Below are positions 54,440 to 64,000 of a stretch of DNA of 64,000 bases, piece by piece. The notes under the pieces are model-generated. The model was not told the DNA's origin. It made no database searches and was given only the letters and a program-made list of their open reading frames with translations. The translations under genes and the position numbers were made by a program. The stretch lies in sequence record OP953026.1. One strand, 5' to 3'. Position 1 is the first letter of the stretch; each line of letters opens with the position of its first letter.

Positions 54440-54569
54440 TTATAATCCACCGGTGGACACCGTTGATGTCCTCCATATCGACTGCGAGTATGAAAAGTTC
54501 TCGTTTGGCAAGTTGTTCCAACGAATGATCGATCATTTCGGTGTTCGAAACTCAAGGCGTTCTTACTGA
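54429..54569 (+). CDS. 46 aa peptide
   Basis: AAGGAG RBS; MSSSYNPPVDTV... Confidence 0.55.
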   Translation: MSSSYNPPVDTVDVLHIDCEYEKFSFGKLFQRMIDHFGVRNSRRSY

Positions 54570-54826
54570 TGAACTCTAACAAGCTACGAGGGATACTGAC
54601 TGACCTCGGTATACTCCCACCTCGCTTTGTTGAGAGCACCGATATCCGTGTCGGCAACTTCCGATTTCAGCGCTGGAAAACCCAGGTCCTCAAACCTGCT
54701 GCTCCTGGTTATCGGAAGTGGATTGACGTGGGTAGGTTAGAATGGGTGGAGGTTAAATACCACCTCAACAAATTACTTAAAGAGAATAATCTCAATATCC
54801 AAGAAGAAAGTAATCGGTCTGGATAA
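54569..54826 (+). CDS. hypothetical protein, possibly frameshift-truncated (alternative end 54911)
   Basis: TGATG coupling; a start-less +1 frame runs on to 54911. Confidence 0.7.
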   Translation: MNSNKLRGILTDLGILPPRFVESTDIRVGNFRFQRWKTQVLKPAAPGYRKWIDVGRLEWVEVKYHLNKLLKENNLNIQEESNRSG

Positions 54827-54922
54827 CCTCCGGAAGCTCCTGTCAGATCAACTCAACCCGCCACGTCAGTTAACAGACGCTGTACGCGAGAAAAATCTTC
54901 ACAGCAAGTAACGATATAAGGC

Positions 54923-54940
54923 CCCTCCCTTCGGGTAGGG
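54923..54940 (+). terminator. imperfect terminator hairpin
   Basis: CCCTCCC-TTCG-GGTAGGG. Confidence 0.6.
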
Positions 54941-54972
54941 ATTGTCTATTCATTTCTTAACAGGAAATTCTA

Positions 54973-55308
54973 ATGGAAGACTTCAAAGAAATCGAGATTT
55001 ACAGTATGACGTTCATCGACCATTCGGAAAATGCTTCTCGTGTAGTGATTGCACAGATCACTACTTTGGATGATCGTACTGTTTACGGGGTAATGGAGGT
55101 CAATGGTTTCGGCGGTCAGGCCACTACTAATCTGCGTCGATTCGAACAGAACCGTCAACACGCTCGTTACTTCTTCACCAAGTCGGTAGCCACTGCTCAC
55201 GCCGAGGCTTACGTCAAGTACCTGAATGACGACATGGTCGAACAAGACTACCTCGACATGAATACTGGCTATAACTACGCCGAATTCATGAACATGGTAA
55301 ATATCTGA
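54973..55308 (+). CDS. hypothetical protein
   Basis: 111 aa, AGGA RBS. Confidence 0.85.
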   Translation: MEDFKEIEIYSMTFIDHSENASRVVIAQITTLDDRTVYGVMEVNGFGGQATTNLRRFEQNRQHARYFFTKSVATAHAEAYVKYLNDDMVEQDYLDMNTGYNYAEFMNMVNI

Positions 55309-55385
55309 GGTCATCATGGACAAGATGCATTCAATCTTCGAGTTCAGTAACAAGACCATTTGTAGCTGTTAAAGGAAATTAACTC

Positions 55386-55601
55386 ATGTCAATGAAAATG
55401 TATAATGGTCCTTATGGTAATTATAAGGCTGGTACTTATGGAGCCGTATTAAATGCATTGGCCGAACAAGAAGGTCGACCACTGACGTGGATCGACCAAC
55501 ATGTACTTGGTCAGGGTAAGCTGTTGAAGCGGAGTGATGAATCTATCATTGTGGCCACCTGGGAATGGCATGATAATGAAATCGTTTTCAATTTTTCCTA
55601 A
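55386..55601 (+). CDS. hypothetical protein
   Basis: 71 aa, AAAGGAA RBS. Confidence 0.8.
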   Translation: MSMKMYNGPYGNYKAGTYGAVLNALAEQEGRPLTWIDQHVLGQGKLLKRSDESIIVATWEWHDNEIVFNFS

Positions 55602-55632
55602 ACTCAGTAAAGAAGGTCGAGACGGCATAAAA

Positions 55633-55667
55633 GGAATTCCCACTGGCCGCTAAACCAGTGGGGTTCC
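55633..55667. terminator. long terminator hairpin
   Basis: GGAATTCCCACTGG/CCAGTGGGGTTCC; TTTTATG follows on - strand. Confidence 0.7.
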
Positions 55668-55791
55668 AAACAGCGCATTCGCGACTACACTGTCAGTAGG
55701 TATCATCCAAGAGAACTGCGGATTAGCTACTTACCTATCATGGGTATTTTCGCTAGCAGTATTATAACAACACCGTACGTTCTGAAAAGAT

Positions 55792-55819
55792 TAGCCCTCC
55801 TGTCGCACCAGGAGGGCTA
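55792..55819. terminator. terminator-like hairpin
   Basis: TAGCCCTCCTG-TCGCAC-CAGGAGGGCTA. Confidence 0.7.
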
Positions 55820-55884
55820 TATGTCGTCAAGTTTAAGCTTGACATTTTTGCCCAAAATGGGCTTTCTTGCAGAGGAGACTTCGA

Positions 55885-56151
55885 ATGAAAGTCTTTGAAA
55901 CAAGTTCCAGACCTGATCCAATTTATGGATACATGTCTGGTTTAGAAGTAACAGCATTCAATGGTAAGCCACTAGTCTACGGACGAAATGAGCTAATCAA
56001 AATTGCTGTATATGATAATAAAACTTTCCTAGGTTACATTGGCGATGGTCAGCTTGTAAACAAGATTTCCGATGCTAAATGGATTGACGGATCGTCTAAC
56101 TATCATATTAATTCTAACTCCAGTAATCTTTTGTTCGCTAGAGTTGCTTAA
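55885..56151 (+). CDS. hypothetical protein
   Basis: GAGGAG RBS favours ATG 55885. Confidence 0.75.
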   Translation: MKVFETSSRPDPIYGYMSGLEVTAFNGKPLVYGRNELIKIAVYDNKTFLGYIGDGQLVNKISDAKWIDGSSNYHINSNSSNLLFARVA

Positions 56152-56158
56152 CTTCAAA

Positions 56159-56183
56159 TACCCTCTTCATTGCGAAGAGGGTA
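56159..56183. terminator. bidirectional terminator
   Basis: TACCCTCTTC-ATTGC-GAAGAGGGTA at convergent junction. Confidence 0.85.
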
Positions 56184-56205
56184 ACGTATTATTATTTTTT
56201 TTTGT

Positions 56206-58359
56206 TTAATACCAACTATTTCTAGAATATCTGTTAATACGCACTCTACGTGTACGCTCTGTACGAGCTTGATTTAACATGGCATCAATACCTACACCAC
56301 TGCTATCATCAATATTAACACGTTTAGACAATTGTTTCAAACGCATTTCTAATTTAGCTGCAATCATCGGGTTCTTTTCACCGCGAAGCTGTTCAATTAT
56401 CTCTTCAAATTCTTTGCGACCTTGCTGTTCTTTCTCTTCATGATATTTTTCAAGTTGACTTGGTTCTTTATCACGTAATTTTGATTTACCTAAGATGGGA
56501 ACATTGATACCATAATAAGATAAATTCTTACCTTGTATTAATAACCAATGAGCTAATAATAATGATACCACTAAGTCATCATGGTTCCCCTTAGCATGGT
56601 CAATTCTACCATTACGGATAGTAAGTGCTAATAACTCCGTGCTAAGTGGTTTATCATAGATGGTCCTTACCCCATAATGCATTGCTGATGGTAATGCCAC
56701 CTTAAATAGATTATCACGAGAATACTCGCCAGTACCTGACGTTGCATAGCCAAAATAACGTTTAAACCTATCATAGAACGATGGTTGTCTTGTTGATAAC
56801 GGAGTTTGAATGTCTCTGAAATCATTTTCTCTTTCTGATGATTCATTGACAATTCTGTTAAAGATACGCCGGAATGGATCTACTCCTTTAGTATGTAGAA
56901 TCAAGATAACATGGTCAATTAACGATATACCTATTGATTTACGTTCTGGTATCCAAAGAATATTAGGATATCTCAATAGCATTGTTGCAAAGAAATTACC
57001 CATTGATGGCACTGATGATTCATTGTATCTACCAACACACATAACCTCATGTGTTTCTACGTCAACTACAACTGTGCCAGTGGCGTCATTATCTTCACCA
57101 AGAAGTTCAGATGGGTCGGTACCCATAACGAACCTACCCTTCATCATCCGTGAGGCTACTTCATCTTTTGGTATATACCAACGAAGTGTATAACCATCAT
57201 CCGTGATTTCTGTCCAGCTTGGCTCACGCATATTGTTTTTAAGTTTATCTTTCTCATCTGATGATAAGGGTGAACCTTCACCACCAACTGTCCAAATATT
57301 GAAGAAGTCCCTATCGGCAATTTCACCGAATGAACCTGATTCACGAAGTGTGTTATATAACCACTCATCGGTACGTCCTAATTGACGGTGGTTAAATGCA
57401 CCATAAACTAGAGGTTTCTTTCCAGTAGTGCCTTTTTCTACAACACGATGTAGAGTTTTCTGATCTGGTAGATCAAAGAATTCCTCTGACCATGGGCAGC
57501 CACCTGTTAAGAAGTGATATGCAAATTCACCATCACGGGTAGTGATGTTACCAGCTGTAGTTGTATAGATGTTACCATAAGGCTGGTTCTCACGGCGAGC
57601 TTCATCACGAGCTGCTGAACCTGACGCAAGTGCAACAGGTAGTGAAACACCAATTAAATTAATATATGCAAGTTCGTCAAAGTGCATATTTGGTACTGTA
57701 AGACCACGACCTAATTTATCAGCTGCGTTAACATCATTTCGACCAACAGCTGTTAGATACCTATTACCTAATCTAATACATGTCATCAATTCGGAGTTAT
57801 CCGCATCTAATGGATCAGTATAGTGGATATACTCTGGTAACAAATCACGCATTACTTTTAGACGCTCGATGTTAGCATTGCGTAGTTTGTTATCTTTAGT
57901 AATAAGGTTAATCTTAGTGTTCTCACCCCAGATATACATCATGCCTGTATTGAGCACGTCAGTTGATACGGACTTACCTGTCTGACGAGGCTGTAATAAA
58001 CCAAAATCTACGTGATTGAAATAACACCAGAATAAAGCAATATTACCACGGTTAGCTTGGAATGGAATTGGGTTATTACCCGAGTTAGGGGGGATTCTTG
58101 CCACTTCCCTAAAAAAATACCAAGGATTATATTTGCATTCCATGTTAATACGAAACTTCATTTCTTCGCTAAGATTAGGGTCATATGGATCCACCCCAAT
58201 TAAACCTTGGTCCAATATAGCTAGTATAAATTTGTAATTTTTAATACCCATCTTTTTATAAGTCAAGGCTAACTTTATAAAAGATTTATTTTTAGTAGTA
58301 AGATCAACACTAGCGCTGTAGTATTTATCCCAATCACTATTGAAAAGTATAACGTCCAT
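56206..58359 (-). CDS. terL: terminase large subunit (gp25-like)
   Basis: CKYNPWYFF, PRQTGKS Walker A, HFDE Walker B, TTTAG, GTDP nuclease motif, HDDLV. Confidence 0.95.
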   Translation of the reverse strand: MDVILFNSDWDKYYSASVDLTTKNKSFIKLALTYKKMGIKNYKFILAILDQGLIGVDPYDPNLSEEMKFRINMECKYNPWYFFREVARIPPNSGNNPIPFQANRGNIALFWCYFNHVDFGLLQPRQTGKSVSTDVLNTGMMYIWGENTKINLITKDNKLRNANIERLKVMRDLLPEYIHYTDPLDADNSELMTCIRLGNRYLTAVGRNDVNAADKLGRGLTVPNMHFDELAYINLIGVSLPVALASGSAARDEARRENQPYGNIYTTTAGNITTRDGEFAYHFLTGGCPWSEEFFDLPDQKTLHRVVEKGTTGKKPLVYGAFNHRQLGRTDEWLYNTLRESGSFGEIADRDFFNIWTVGGEGSPLSSDEKDKLKNNMREPSWTEITDDGYTLRWYIPKDEVASRMMKGRFVMGTDPSELLGEDNDATGTVVVDVETHEVMCVGRYNESSVPSMGNFFATMLLRYPNILWIPERKSIGISLIDHVILILHTKGVDPFRRIFNRIVNESSERENDFRDIQTPLSTRQPSFYDRFKRYFGYATSGTGEYSRDNLFKVALPSAMHYGVRTIYDKPLSTELLALTIRNGRIDHAKGNHDDLVVSLLLAHWLLIQGKNLSYYGINVPILGKSKLRDKEPSQLEKYHEEKEQQGRKEFEEIIEQLRGEKNPMIAAKLEMRLKQLSKRVNIDDSSGVGIDAMLNQARTERTRRVRINRYSRNSWY

Positions 58360-58460
58360 ACACTGCCCTTTAAGGTACTTATTTTAATGTGCCATAATAA
58401 AGCCGTATTGAACGGCAATTGTAAAGTATAGTCTCATATGGATAATGTGTTAAAAGACGT

Positions 58461-58497
58461 TATAAAGCCCCCTAGGTGGTTCCTAGGGGGCTTTATA
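58461..58497 (-). terminator. terminator hairpin
   Basis: TATAAAGCCCCCTAGG-TGGTT-CCTAGGGGGCTTTATA. Confidence 0.85.
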
Positions 58498-58498
58498 T

Positions 58499-63829
<5,331 letters not shown>

Positions 63830-63957
63830 TACCGCTACTCCTTAAATGGATAGTAAAAAATAACTAGTATGGTCAACTATGATTAATATCTATGATTGAC
63901 TGTTAGTTAACACTCATAACATCGAGTTCAAAGCTCCAACTTGGGAGAATCAAAAAG

Positions 63958-64000
63958 ATGGCATATTACAACGCTGTCCCTAGGGTTGTGTTTAATGGTA
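63958..64000 (+). CDS. tail sheath protein (gp29-like), 5' partial
   Basis: MAYYNAVPRVVFNG matches recalled phiKZ gp29 N-terminus; TATG motifs upstream. Confidence 0.85.
   Translation, partial: MAYYNAVPRVVFNG

Noticed and set aside
55668-55791. Hammerhead ribozyme
   Set aside because: There is no CUGAnGA core paired with a correctly placed GAAA on either strand.
55839-55844. Sigma70 promoter (TTGACA)
   Set aside because: There is no -10 hexamer at 16-18 bp; the hexamer is part of a hairpin.

Overview
This is a 64-kb segment of an AT-rich phiKZ-like (Phikzvirus-type) Pseudomonas jumbo phage. The identification is from recalled sequences and motifs, with no database search: a phiKZ-type terminase, the tail-sheath N-terminus MAYYNAVPRVVFNG, TATATTAC early promoters, TATG late promoters and the tRNA set. 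Layout: (1) 1-27.5 kb, + strand, a dense accessory/early region of small genes. It includes a RelA/SpoT-type HD hydrolase, a tandem array of secreted two-Cys paralogs, a deaminase, two putative ADP-ribosyltransferase-fold genes, a BCS1-like AAA ATPase and an Ntn-peptidase. (2) 27.5-42.6 kb, mostly - strand, with 7 tRNAs, two Kelch paralogs, a gp303-like head protein, a glycine-zipper protein and nrdB/nrdA. (3) 42.9-56.2 kb, + strand, with DHFR and a GC-richer host-takeover island containing a gp14-like ribosome binder and an L7/L12-like motif protein. (4) 56.2-63.8 kb, - strand, with terminase and gp26-28-like virion proteins, followed by the start of the tail sheath on +. The best candidate for an undescribed system is a set of ORF-free, TATG(TA)-initiated, terminator-bounded small RNAs (24696-24790 +, 25197-25320 +, 36425-36573 -). 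They expose pyrimidine-rich anti-Shine-Dalgarno-like sequences, and one is complementary over 15 nt to the phage nrdB ribosome-binding site. The second candidate is the array of secreted disulfide-stapled paralogs at 1.6-4.5 kb. phiKZ gp numbers are inferred from gene order and memory and need BLAST confirmation.
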